A stretch of DNA of 64,000 bases, taken from positions 64,001-128,000 of the forward strand of contig CAWFCQ010000006.1 in the NCBI GenBank assembly GCA_963814375.1. Direction: 5' to 3'. A program made the translations under genes and the position numbers. Positions 49,439 to 58,896 of this stretch are shown piece after piece; within the stretch, counting starts at the first letter, position 1; every line of letters starts with the position of its first letter. The notes below the pieces were generated by a model. The model saw nothing but the letters and a program-made list of their open reading frames with translations. It ran no database searches and had not been told where the DNA came from. Origin of the DNA: an uncultured Chloroflexia bacterium. GTDB taxonomy: Bacteria > Chloroflexota > Limnocylindria > QHBO01.

Positions 49439-50938
49439 GTGACCAAGACGTACCAGAACCTGATCGGTGGCGACTGGAAGGCCGCCGGCTCGGGCGCAAC
49501 CTTCACGAGCGTCAGCCCGGCCAACCACGACGACGTGATCGGTGAGTTCGCCGCCTCCGGGCCCGCGGACGTCGAGGCGGCCGTCGCGGCGGCGAAGCGC
49601 GCCTTCGGCCCCTGGAGCGCGATGCCGGCGCCGAAGCGTGGCGAGATCCTGTTCCGCATCGCCCGCCTCCTGGCCGAGCACAAGGAAGAGCTCTCGCGCC
49701 TCATGACGCGCGAGATGGGCAAAGTGCTGCCCGAGGCGCGAGGCGACGTGCAGGAGGCGATCGACGTCGCCTACTACATGGCCGGCGAGGGACGCCGACT
49801 GTTCGGCCAGACGGTCCCGTCGGAGATGCCCGACAAGTTCGCGATGGCCATCCGCCGGCCGATCGGCGTGGTCGGAGTCATCACGCCGTGGAACTTCCCG
49901 GTCGCCATCCCCGGCTGGAAGCTGTTCCCCGCCCTGATCTGCGGCAACACGGCCGTGATCAAGCCCGCGAGCGATACGCCCGCCTGCCTCGTCCGCTTCG
50001 TGGAGCTCCTCGCCGAGGGCGGGCTTCCCGACGGCGTCGTCAACGTGGTCACCGGCTCCGGCGCGGAGGTCGGAAACGCGATCGTCGATCACCCCGACAT
50101 CAGGGTCATCTCGTTCACCGGCCACACGGACACGGGAGTCGAGATCAGCACGCGCGCCGCGAAGACGCTCAAGCGCGTCAGCCTCGAGCTGGGCGGCAAG
50201 AACCCGATCGTTGTCTGGGAGGACGCCGATCTCGATCTCGCCCTCGACTCCGTGGTGTGGTCGGCGTTCGGGACTTCCGGGCAGCGCTGCACCGCGGCGT
50301 CGCGCCTGATCGTGCATCGGAGCATCCATGACGACTTCGTCCATCGGCTCCGCGATCGGGTCGGCAAGCTCGTGCTCGGCGACGGGCTGGACGACAAGAC
50401 CGATGTTGGGCCGGTCATCAACGAGACTGCCGTCGAGCGCATCGCGTCGTATGCCGCCATCGGTCGCGACGAGGCCGATCTCGTCATCGGCGGCGAGCCG
50501 GCGCGCGACGGGGACCTCGGCAAGGGGAGCTTCTTCCAGCCGACCATCTTCACCGAGGTCAAGCCCGATGCGCGCATCGCGCAGGAGGAGATCTTCGGCC
50601 CGGTCACCTCGGTCATCCCCGTCGACGACTGGGACGAGACCGTTCGGATCGTCAACTCGGTGAAGTACGGCCTGTCGACCTCGCTCTTCACCAACGACAT
50701 CAACCTCGCCTTCCGCTCGATCCGCGACTTCGACTCCGGGCTCGGCTACGTCAATCACGGAACGATCGGCGCCGAGGCGCATCTTCCGTTCGGCGGGACG
50801 AAGGCGACCGGCAACGGCCACCGTGAGGTGGGGCAGGCGTCGCTCGACTTCTTCAGCGAGTGGAAGAGCGTGTACATCGACTACTCCGGCAAGCTCCAGC
50901 GCGCACAGATCGACATGACCTTCATCGACGACGAGTAG
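49439..50938 (+). CDS. Aldehyde dehydrogenase family protein
   Basis: TPWNFP, FTG, ELGGKN, SGQRCTA, EEIFGP. Confidence 0.93.
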   Translation: MTKTYQNLIGGDWKAAGSGATFTSVSPANHDDVIGEFAASGPADVEAAVAAAKRAFGPWSAMPAPKRGEILFRIARLLAEHKEELSRLMTREMGKVLPEARGDVQEAIDVAYYMAGEGRRLFGQTVPSEMPDKFAMAIRRPIGVVGVITPWNFPVAIPGWKLFPALICGNTAVIKPASDTPACLVRFVELLAEGGLPDGVVNVVTGSGAEVGNAIVDHPDIRVISFTGHTDTGVEISTRAAKTLKRVSLELGGKNPIVVWEDADLDLALDSVVWSAFGTSGQRCTAASRLIVHRSIHDDFVHRLRDRVGKLVLGDGLDDKTDVGPVINETAVERIASYAAIGRDEADLVIGGEPARDGDLGKGSFFQPTIFTEVKPDARIAQEEIFGPVTSVIPVDDWDETVRIVNSVKYGLSTSLFTNDINLAFRSIRDFDSGLGYVNHGTIGAEAHLPFGGTKATGNGHREVGQASLDFFSEWKSVYIDYSGKLQRAQIDMTFIDDE

Positions 50939-51006
50939 CCGTTCCTCTGGCCCGCAAGGGCGTCTCGCTTGCCGGTGAGCGGGCGCGGATGCGACGATGC
51001 GCCGCG

Positions 51007-51720
51007 ATGCGCCTGCCCCACTTCCCGCTGCACACGGTGCTCTTCCCGCACCTGCCGCTGCCGCTCCACATCTTCGAGGAGCGCTACCGGACGATGGCCA
51101 CCGACCTCATGGCCGATGGCTCGCCATACGGTGGACGGTTCGTGGTGAGCATGATCAGCGAGGGTCGGGAGGTCGGCGGCGCCGCCACCACGCGGGCGAT
51201 CGGCACGATCTGCGAGGTCCACAGCGCCGAGCAGTTTCCGGATGGCCGATGGTTGCTCCTCGTGGTCGGCGTGGCGCGCGCGCGTCTCGGATCGGTCGAT
51301 CACAACGGTCCGTACGCCGTCGTCGATGTCGAGGAGCTGCCCGATCCTCAGGGCGGCGAGGCGGTGGCCCTGGTGCCGTCGGTGCAGCACGCGCTGGATG
51401 CGTACCTCGCCACGGTGAAACGTTTCGTGGCCCGCACCGCGTCTGCACGGGACGAAGCTGCGGAGACCGTTGACGTGCGCGCATCCCTCGACGAAGTGCT
51501 GAAGCCCATTCGGCTGCCGGACGATCCGGTTGCCGCGAGCTACGCCGTCGCCGGCGTCCTCCAGGTCGAGCTGACCCGCAAGCAGCTGCTCCTCGAGCTC
51601 CCGGATGCCGCGGCACGGCTCCGGGCAGAGCTCGAGCTCCTGCGTCGCGAGGTCCGGCTGCTCGACGACGGCGCCATGCCGCCGATCCCCGCGAGCGATC
51701 TCGGCTACCACCCGAACTGA
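51007..51720 (+). CDS. LON peptidase substrate-binding domain protein
   Basis: LPHFPLHTVLFP..PLPLHIFEERY, PDGRW, KQLLLE. Confidence 0.9.
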   Translation: MRLPHFPLHTVLFPHLPLPLHIFEERYRTMATDLMADGSPYGGRFVVSMISEGREVGGAATTRAIGTICEVHSAEQFPDGRWLLLVVGVARARLGSVDHNGPYAVVDVEELPDPQGGEAVALVPSVQHALDAYLATVKRFVARTASARDEAAETVDVRASLDEVLKPIRLPDDPVAASYAVAGVLQVELTRKQLLLELPDAAARLRAELELLRREVRLLDDGAMPPIPASDLGYHPN

Positions 51721-51723
51721 CCG

Positions 51724-52866
51724 ATGCGGGCCACGCGCCTCGGCCCGATCAGCCTCGCGGCCGTCCTGCTCCTTGCCGCGTGTGGGGGCACGGACCCGTC
51801 GGCGACGCCGTCGAGCTCCGCTCCGCCGGCTTCCGCCGCGCCCTCGCCCAGCGTCGTACCATCCGAACTCTCTCCGTCGCCTGAGCCGTCGACCTCCGCA
51901 CCGACGCCGTCCGCACCGATCGGGACGGAGCACATCGTCCAGCCCGGTGAGGGATTGGCGGCCATCGCTCGCGCCTACGACACGACCGTCGAGCAGCTCC
52001 AGGCCTGGAATGCGGGTCGCTACCCGTCGATCGCCACGAACCCGAATCTCATCGAGCCGGGCTGGGTCATCATCGTGAGGGGCGATCCGGGCGTCACGCC
52101 GCTGCCGACTCCATCGCCGCCTCCGGCGACACCTCGTCCCACCCCGCCGTCGACGGGGGGTGGTGGCTGCACCGCCGGCAACCGCGTCGCTTCCGGATCC
52201 GCGCAGGTCTTCCGCACGATCCCGAACGCCGGCCCGGGCGTGGCCCTCACCTTCGACATGGGCGGTCGCATGGATCCGGCGGTCGACATCATGAGCTTCC
52301 TCGTCGCCAATGACGTGTGCGCCACGATCTTCGCCACCGGCGTGATGAGCCAGACGCCGCAGGGGCAGCAGGTCATGGCGATCATCCGCGCCCATCCCGA
52401 GCTGTTCGAGATCGCCAATCACACGATGTACCACTGCGACCTGGCGCGTGGCGGCGGCGGCTCCCCGTCGACGGCGCCGTGCGCCGGGACCTTCGACGCC
52501 GCGCGCATCGGTCGCGAGTTGACCGAGGCGGAGGCGATCCTGCGCAACGGCACGGGCCAGGCGTCGCAGCCGTATTGGCGCCCGCCGTACGGCTCGATCA
52601 ACCCGGCCGTGCTCGAGGCCGTCGCAGCTGCCGGATACACGAAGACATTCCTGTGGGACATCGACACCGTCGATTGGAAGCCGATTTCTGACGGCGGCCC
52701 CACCGCGGCGCAGATCGCCGCAAAGGTCGTGAACAATGCGGTCAACGGATCGAACGTGCTCTTCCACCTCGGTGGCTACGAGACGCTCGACTCGCTCCAG
52801 CTGATCGTCCCCGGACTCCGCGACCGCGGGTTTACACTGACCAGCCTCTCAGACCTGCTCCAATGA
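51724..52866 (+). CDS. Lipoprotein with LysM and polysaccharide deacetylase (NodB/CE4) domains
   Basis: LAAC lipobox; HIVQPGEGL.AIA..Y..TV..LQAWN; LTFDMG, NHTMYH, WRPPYG, LFH. Confidence 0.9.
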   Translation: MRATRLGPISLAAVLLLAACGGTDPSATPSSSAPPASAAPSPSVVPSELSPSPEPSTSAPTPSAPIGTEHIVQPGEGLAAIARAYDTTVEQLQAWNAGRYPSIATNPNLIEPGWVIIVRGDPGVTPLPTPSPPPATPRPTPPSTGGGGCTAGNRVASGSAQVFRTIPNAGPGVALTFDMGGRMDPAVDIMSFLVANDVCATIFATGVMSQTPQGQQVMAIIRAHPELFEIANHTMYHCDLARGGGGSPSTAPCAGTFDAARIGRELTEAEAILRNGTGQASQPYWRPPYGSINPAVLEAVAAAGYTKTFLWDIDTVDWKPISDGGPTAAQIAAKVVNNAVNGSNVLFHLGGYETLDSLQLIVPGLRDRGFTLTSLSDLLQ

Positions 52867-52886
52867 TCGACCGGGGGATCTCACCG

Positions 52887-54168
52887 ATGCGTCGCACGCT
52901 GATTCGAGTCATGGTGGCGATGCTGCTCGTGGGGCCGATGACAGCCGTGCCCGCGCTCGTCAACCCCGCGCCAGCGGCCGCGGTGACGCCGACGCCATCG
53001 GCGCCGATGCGGGTCGTCTTCGAGGCGGGCGCGCATACCGGGTACACCTTCAACCTGGCCACTGGCGCCATCACAGGTTCCAGATCGGCGACCCTCGCAA
53101 GGCCGTCGGGCGCCACCACGACACGCCGCGCCTCGATCCCCGGGCGAGGCGTGCACCTCCTCATCTCCAATGGCATCTGGGCCGGGTACTGGGTGCGCGA
53201 GTCGATCGTCGCTCATGTCGATGGAGTCGTTGGCGAGACGTCCTATGCGCCGGCGCGCCGCCTCGCGTTCCCGCCCGGTAACGTCGTTGGCTATCGCTTC
53301 GATGCGGCCTGGGGCCTGACGACCGCCAAGGTGATGACGATTGCCCGCACGTCTGGAGCCGACGCCGCCCAGGCCGCGGTGATCAACGGCATCCTCAGCT
53401 ACCGGATCGTGAACGGCGGCCTGGCCGGGTACTGGGTCCCGGCCGGCTCGTCCGGGGCGGTGCAGGCCTCTCGCCTGCCACACGGGTCCGCGCGCCGGCG
53501 GCAGCCAGCAGGTCCTGCGCACGGTCCCAGGCGCCGGCCCCGAGGTCGCCCTCACCTTCGACATGGGCGGCCGCCTCGACCCGGCCCTGTCGATCCTGCG
53601 CCGGCTCCTCCTCAATGGCGTCTGCGCGACGCTCTTCCCGACCGGCAGCGCGTCGCAGACCCCGATCGGGCAGCAGGTCCTCGCCATGGTGCGCGCTTAT
53701 CCGCAGCTGTTCGAGGTCGGGAACCACACGATGCATCACTGCGACCTCGCCGCCGGCGGAGGGGGAGCGGCATGTCCCGCCGGACCGCCGTCGCGCACCT
53801 TCGTGCAGGCCGAGCTGGCCGATGCCGCGACGATCATCCAGGCCGGCAGCGGCCAGTCGCCGATCCCGTACTGGCGTCCGCCGTACGGCTCGACCAATGC
53901 CACCGTCCAGGGGTATGCCGCCCAGATCGGCTACACCAAGACCCTGCTCTGGGACATCGACACGATCGACTGGCGGCCGCTCGCCGACGGCGGGCCGACG
54001 GCCGCACAGTCGGCGGCCAAGGTGACGGCCAACGCCGTGAACGGCTCGAACGTCCTCATGCACCTCGGCGGCTGGACCACGTTCGACGCGCTGCCGTCCA
54101 TGATCCATGGCCTCCGCGTCCGGGGCCTGACGCCGTCGACGATCTCCGACCTGCTCGACGGCTCCTGA
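52887..54168 (+). CDS. Secreted polysaccharide deacetylase with two N-terminal beta repeats, frameshift near 53470
   Basis: Signal peptide, two GY.F...AGYWV repeats; LTFDMG, NHTMHH, WRPPYG, LMH in next frame. Confidence 0.85.
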
Positions 54169-54176
54169 CTGCCGGC

Positions 54177-55541
54177 TCAGCCTCCGGTGATCGGCGCCTG
54201 GCGCTCCTGGACCTCGTCCAGCGCCTCGGCGAAGATCGCCAGGGCGGTGTCGACGTCCGTCTCCGTCGCGATCAGCGGTGGGCTGAAGCGCAGCGACGCC
54301 TCTCCACACTCGAGGACGAGCAGGCCGCGCTGGAAGGCCGCGTCCTGCACCGCCTCCGCCGCCTCGTGCGACCCGAACTCGACGCCGAGCATCAGGCCGA
54401 TGCCGCGAATGTCGCGGATCGCATCGGTCCCATCGGCGATGCGCTCGAGGCCGATGCGCAGCCGGTCACCGGCGACCGTGGCGTTCGAGAGCCCCTCGGA
54501 CTCGATGATGTCGAGGGTCGCGAGGCCGGCAGCCGCGCAGACGGGGTTCCCCGCGAAGGTCGAGCCGTGGGCTCCGGCCGACCAGGTCCACACCGACTCG
54601 CGCGCGATGAACGCGCCGATTGGCATGCCCGAGGCGATGCCCTTGGCCGTCGTGAGGATGTCCGGCTCCACGCCGGCATGCTCGATGGCCCACCAGCGCC
54701 CGGTGCGGCCCATGCCCGACTGGATCTCATCGGCGACGAGGAGAATGCCGTGCTCGTCGCAGATCTGGCGCAGCCCCTGGAGGAAGGTGGCCGGCGCGGG
54801 GAAGTAGCCCCCCTCGCCCTGGATCGGCTCGACCACGATGGCGGCGACGTCGGCCGGCGAGATCTGTCGCCCGAAGATCGTCCGCCGCAGGTGGTCGAGC
54901 TCGGCCGAGCCATCGCCTCCCGAACCCTCGCGCCAGGCGCGAATGCGCGGGAACGGGGCGTGGTGGACCATCGGCACCAGGGGCCCGAAGCCGGCCCGCT
55001 GCTTCACCTTCGAATTGGTGAGCGACAGGGCGCCCATGGTCCGCCCGTGGAAGCCGCCCTCGAAGGCGATGATTCCCGGCCGATGAGTGTGGTATCGCGC
55101 CAGCTTGATGGCGCCCTCGACCGCCTCGGTGCCGGAGTTGGTGAGGAAGACTCGCGCCCGCTCGCTGAACGGCGCGATCGAGGCCAGGCGCTCACTGAAC
55201 TCCAGGTATCGCGGCTCGTAGAAGTCGGTCGCGGCGATATGGATCAGCCGATCGGCCTGGTCCTTGATCGCCTGCACGACGCGCGGGTGCGAATGGCCGG
55301 TCGAGCAGACGGCGATGCCGGCGGCGAAGTCGAGGAAGCGGTTGCCGTCCACGTCGGTCACGACCAGACCCGATCCCGACTCGGCGACAAGTGGATAGGC
55401 GCGCGTCAGCGATGGGCTGGCGACGGCCTCGTCGCGCGCGATGATCGCCCGCGCCTTGGGACCGGGCAGCTCGGTGACGATGTGCGGCGCGGTCGGCTTC
55501 AGGGCAGCCGCAGCTGAGGAGGTAGCCTCCATGGTGGTCAT
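54177..55541 (-). CDS. gabT: Class III aminotransferase (4-aminobutyrate aminotransferase-like)
   Basis: DVDGNRFLDF, SGTEAVE, FHGRT, EPIQGEGG, DEIQSGMGRTG, TAKG. Confidence 0.82.
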   Translation of the reverse strand: MTTMEATSSAAAALKPTAPHIVTELPGPKARAIIARDEAVASPSLTRAYPLVAESGSGLVVTDVDGNRFLDFAAGIAVCSTGHSHPRVVQAIKDQADRLIHIAATDFYEPRYLEFSERLASIAPFSERARVFLTNSGTEAVEGAIKLARYHTHRPGIIAFEGGFHGRTMGALSLTNSKVKQRAGFGPLVPMVHHAPFPRIRAWREGSGGDGSAELDHLRRTIFGRQISPADVAAIVVEPIQGEGGYFPAPATFLQGLRQICDEHGILLVADEIQSGMGRTGRWWAIEHAGVEPDILTTAKGIASGMPIGAFIARESVWTWSAGAHGSTFAGNPVCAAAGLATLDIIESEGLSNATVAGDRLRIGLERIADGTDAIRDIRGIGLMLGVEFGSHEAAEAVQDAAFQRGLLVLECGEASLRFSPPLIATETDVDTALAIFAEALDEVQERQAPITGG

Positions 55542-55640
55542 TGGGGTAGCACTCCGGATTCGGAGCGGCGCGTCCTGCCCGCGCACCTTGGCTAGATCGA
55601 AGCATCCTAGCAGGCGACCCTTCAGGGCCGCCCGAGCGAC

Positions 55641-56684
55641 CTAGGACGACGAGCGAGACGAGTGCGCCGCCGTTGACGCGATTGACTCACCGATGAGCCC
55701 TGGTCCGGCGTAGATCATCCCCGTCCACAGCTGGACGAGATCCGCGCCCGCGGCCAGAAGACGGGCCGCGTCCGCGCCAGAGCCGATGCCTCCCGACGCA
55801 ATGACCGCCAATCGCGGATCACGCGGGGCGGCGACCGCGCCGGCGGTGCGCTCGAGCAGCGGGCGTCCCGAAAGCCCGCCGGGCTCACCGGCGTCGGGTG
55901 AGTCGAGCCAGGCCCGCGTGGTGGTCGTGTTGGAGAGGATCATGCCGGCGGCGCCGGCATCGGCGAGGGCGCCGACCAGCCGCGCGCGATCCGCGTGGAT
56001 CATGTCGGGCGAGACCTTGACCAGCAGCGGCCGCGCGGGGGCGGCTTCGGCGACCGCCGCCAGGAGCGAGGTGAGCCGGGCCGGGTCCTGGAGGTCGCGC
56101 AGGCCGGGGGTGTTGGGGCTGCTGACGTTGATGGCGAGATAGTCGGCCTCGCCCGCCACGCGCTCGGCGGCTGCGACGTAGTCCTCGACTGACCGCTCGT
56201 CGGGCGTGTCCCGGTTGCGCCCGATGTTCACGCCGATGACGAAGCCATCCGGCAGCCTCGGCCGCGCAGCCGCGATGCGGCGGGCGAGGGCATCGGCGCC
56301 TTCATTGTTGAATCCCATGCGGTTGACGAGTGCGCCGTCCTCCGGCAGCCGCACCATGCGTGGACGCGGATTGCCCGGCTGCGGCCGCGGCGTCACGGTC
56401 CCGAGCTCGACGAAGCCGAAGCCGAGCGCGGCCCAGCCCGCGATCGCCGCGCCGTCCTTGTCGAAGCCCGCGCCGAGCCCGACCCGGTTGCGGAAGCGGA
56501 GTCCCATCAGCTCGACCGGCGCCGCGTCGGCCATGCGGGTCCCCGCGACGAAGCCGCAGAGCCTCGGTGCCATGCGCCCGGTCGCGCCGAGCAGGCGCAG
56601 GGTCAGGTGATGGATGCGTTCCGGATCGGTACGGAAGAGGAGTGGGCGCACCGTGTGGTAGGCCGAGACGCGCCAGCTCGGCAT
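55641..56684 (-). CDS. pyrD: Quinone-dependent dihydroorotate dehydrogenase
   Basis: AGFDKDG, NRMGFNNEG, NVSSPNTPGLR, KVSPD, GGLSG. Confidence 0.95.
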   Translation of the reverse strand: MPSWRVSAYHTVRPLLFRTDPERIHHLTLRLLGATGRMAPRLCGFVAGTRMADAAPVELMGLRFRNRVGLGAGFDKDGAAIAGWAALGFGFVELGTVTPRPQPGNPRPRMVRLPEDGALVNRMGFNNEGADALARRIAAARPRLPDGFVIGVNIGRNRDTPDERSVEDYVAAAERVAGEADYLAINVSSPNTPGLRDLQDPARLTSLLAAVAEAAPARPLLVKVSPDMIHADRARLVGALADAGAAGMILSNTTTTRAWLDSPDAGEPGGLSGRPLLERTAGAVAAPRDPRLAVIASGGIGSGADAARLLAAGADLVQLWTGMIYAGPGLIGESIASTAAHSSRSSS

Positions 56685-56687
56685 CGG

Positions 56688-57104
56688 TCAGTCGTCGTGG
56701 GCGCGCGGGAAGGCCATCTCCTCCGGGTACACCGGCGGCAACGGCTCGGCATCCTCGCCGGGCGCGGGCCGCGTCGGGTCGGGCGTCATGAATTCGTGCC
56801 ACACCTCGGTGCCCGCCGAGGGCGGGTCGTCGAGCTCCTTGATGGCCACGATCCCCTCGAAGCGAATCGATCCAGCTTCGCCGTCGTCGGTCTCGTAGTC
56901 GTCCTCGTAGTCCGGGGCCATCTCGACCGCGCGTCCGAGCGCCGCCTCCTCGTCGCTGCCGTCGATCAGGACGACGCGATCCTCGACGAGGGTCACCGCC
57001 TCCGGGTCGCCGGCCATGTACGCGTACCTGAGCTGGACGGCGAACCATCCCGAGGGCTCGACGAGGGTCTCGTCGATCGGGGGCATGGCGGAGCGCGCCG
57101 TCAC
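56688..57104 (-). CDS. DUF4288-like protein
   Basis: WFAV, VEDRVVLI...EEAA..RA, F.GI, GTEVW. Confidence 0.65.
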   Translation of the reverse strand: MTARSAMPPIDETLVEPSGWFAVQLRYAYMAGDPEAVTLVEDRVVLIDGSDEEAALGRAVEMAPDYEDDYETDDGEAGSIRFEGIVAIKELDDPPSAGTEVWHEFMTPDPTRPAPGEDAEPLPPVYPEEMAFPRAHDD

Positions 57105-57114
57105 CGCGGTGCCC

Positions 57115-58680
57115 TCACTCGCCGACGACGGTCTGCGACTGTTCGCGCAGGAACTGCTGGACGTAGTACGGGCCGAGGCCGCCCTTGCCTGAGGAGCCCG
57201 ACCCCTTCCAGCCGCCGAAGCTCTGGATCCCGGGCCACGCGCCGGTGGTGGCGCCCGCCCGGCGGTTCACGTACACGACGCCGGCCTGGATCGTGTCGAG
57301 GAAGCGCTGGACCTCGGCCTCGTCGCGGCTGAAGATCCCGGCGGTCAGCCCGTACGCGGTGTCGTTCGCCTCGCTGAGCGCCTCGTCGAGCGAATCGACC
57401 TCGCCGACGACGAGGAAGGGAACGAAGAGCTCGTCGCGGAAGAGACGGTGCTCGAGCGGGAGGCCGGTGACGACCGTCGGGGTGGGGTAGAAGCCACGTT
57501 CCGTATCCGCCTCGCCGCCGACCTCGACCGTGCCGCCGTCGGCCTTCGCCTCGTCCACCGCGGCGGTGAACTTGGAGAGGGCGCGCTCGTTGATGACCGG
57601 GCCCATCCAGTTCTCGCGCCGGGTCGGGTCACCGACGGCGATGCCGCGGGTCTTCTCGACCAACCTCTCGACGAACTCGCGCGCGACCGGCCGCTCCACG
57701 TAGACGCGCGAGTTGGCCGAGCACTTCTGGCCGTCGAAGCCGAAGGCGGATCGCATGACCCCCTCGGCCGCCTCGTCGAGGTCGGCGTGGCGGGTCACGA
57801 TCGCCGGGTTCTTCCCGCCCATCTCGGTGATGATCGGGCGCGGATAGTCCTTCGTGAAGCTGCGGTACAGGTCCATCCCGACCTCGTAGCTTCCGGTGAA
57901 CACCAGGCCATCGATGCCTGGGTTGGACTCCAGCTCGGCACCGACCGTCTCGCCCGGCCCGGTGACCAGGTTGAACACCCCGTCGGGAAGCCCCGCCTCG
58001 CGCAGCGCCTCGCCGAACTTCCAGCCCATGAGCGGAGCGTCCGACGACGGCTTGAGCACGACGGTGTTGCCGGCGATGAGGGCACCACCGGCCGGCCCGC
58101 CCGCCAGCGCCATCGGGAAGTTGAACGGGCTGATCACGCCGAAGACGCCATACGGACGCAGGACGGATCGCGTCTTCTCGGCTGCCGACAGGGAGCCCAT
58201 CGGCTTGACGAACCCGTCGGCCTTCTCGAACTCGTCGGCGTAGTAGCGCAGCAGGTCGGCGGTCTCCTCGACATCGCCAAGCGCCTCGAGCCGATTCTTG
58301 CCCACCTCGAGCGCCATCAGCGCCGCATGGTCGAACTGCCGCTCGCTGATGAGCTCGGCCGCGCGGCGCAGGATCGCGAGACGGTCGCGCCACGGCGTGT
58401 CGCGCCATCCGGGGAACGCGGCTCGGGCGGCAGCAATCGCGTCGCGAACGTCCTGCGCATCGCCCTTCGGGAACCGCGCCACCAGGATGTCGCGGTCGAT
58501 CGGCGAGCGGTCGTCGAAGGTCTCGTCGGCGAGGCGCTCCTCGGCGCCGATGATCATCGGGTAGGTGCGACCCAGCTCGTCGCGCGCGCGGGCGAGGGCG
58601 GCGTCGAACGCCGACTGGAGGTCCTCGTTGTCGGCAGACAGCGTGGCGTAGGTGATCTTCATGCGGGACGTGGTGGCCAT
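57115..58680 (-). CDS. Aldehyde dehydrogenase (1-pyrroline-5-carboxylate dehydrogenase-like)
   Basis: SPFNFP, EMGGKN, GQKCSANSR, YGLTAG, TTGAW.G.QSFGGWK.SG. Confidence 0.85.
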   Translation of the reverse strand: MATTSRMKITYATLSADNEDLQSAFDAALARARDELGRTYPMIIGAEERLADETFDDRSPIDRDILVARFPKGDAQDVRDAIAAARAAFPGWRDTPWRDRLAILRRAAELISERQFDHAALMALEVGKNRLEALGDVEETADLLRYYADEFEKADGFVKPMGSLSAAEKTRSVLRPYGVFGVISPFNFPMALAGGPAGGALIAGNTVVLKPSSDAPLMGWKFGEALREAGLPDGVFNLVTGPGETVGAELESNPGIDGLVFTGSYEVGMDLYRSFTKDYPRPIITEMGGKNPAIVTRHADLDEAAEGVMRSAFGFDGQKCSANSRVYVERPVAREFVERLVEKTRGIAVGDPTRRENWMGPVINERALSKFTAAVDEAKADGGTVEVGGEADTERGFYPTPTVVTGLPLEHRLFRDELFVPFLVVGEVDSLDEALSEANDTAYGLTAGIFSRDEAEVQRFLDTIQAGVVYVNRRAGATTGAWPGIQSFGGWKGSGSSGKGGLGPYYVQQFLREQSQTVVGE

Positions 58681-58765
58681 CGGAGCGGCGAGCGCCTCCT
58701 GTTGCGGGGCGACGAAATCACGATGCGGTGCCGGTCATTATCGCACCGGCGAAACGCCGGACATG

Positions 58766-58806
58766 CCGAAGGCCAGGCTCCGGGGGGAGAAGAGCCTGGC
58801 CTTCGG
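58766..58806 (-). other. Perfect 15-bp-stem hairpin with C-rich loop (terminator or small RNA candidate)
   Basis: CCGAAGGCCAGGCTC / GAGCCTGGCCTTCGG with an 11-nt loop. Confidence 0.6.
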
Positions 58807-58896
58807 ACGCGTCGATGATATCCGCGCCGATCCGCGCTCGCAAGGATTTCTGCGCACTGATTACGCAGGGTCGGCCCCGAGTTTCCACCCGATCCG

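Noticed and set aside
51790-52160. Pro/Ser/Thr-rich repetitive DNA as a repeat array (also near 48000 and 60100)
   Set aside because: Low-complexity lipoprotein linkers, not CRISPR or tandem DNA repeats
52863-55517. 884-aa ORF
   Set aside because: Real N-terminus runs off frame near 53470 and continues as the antisense shadow of the aminotransferase
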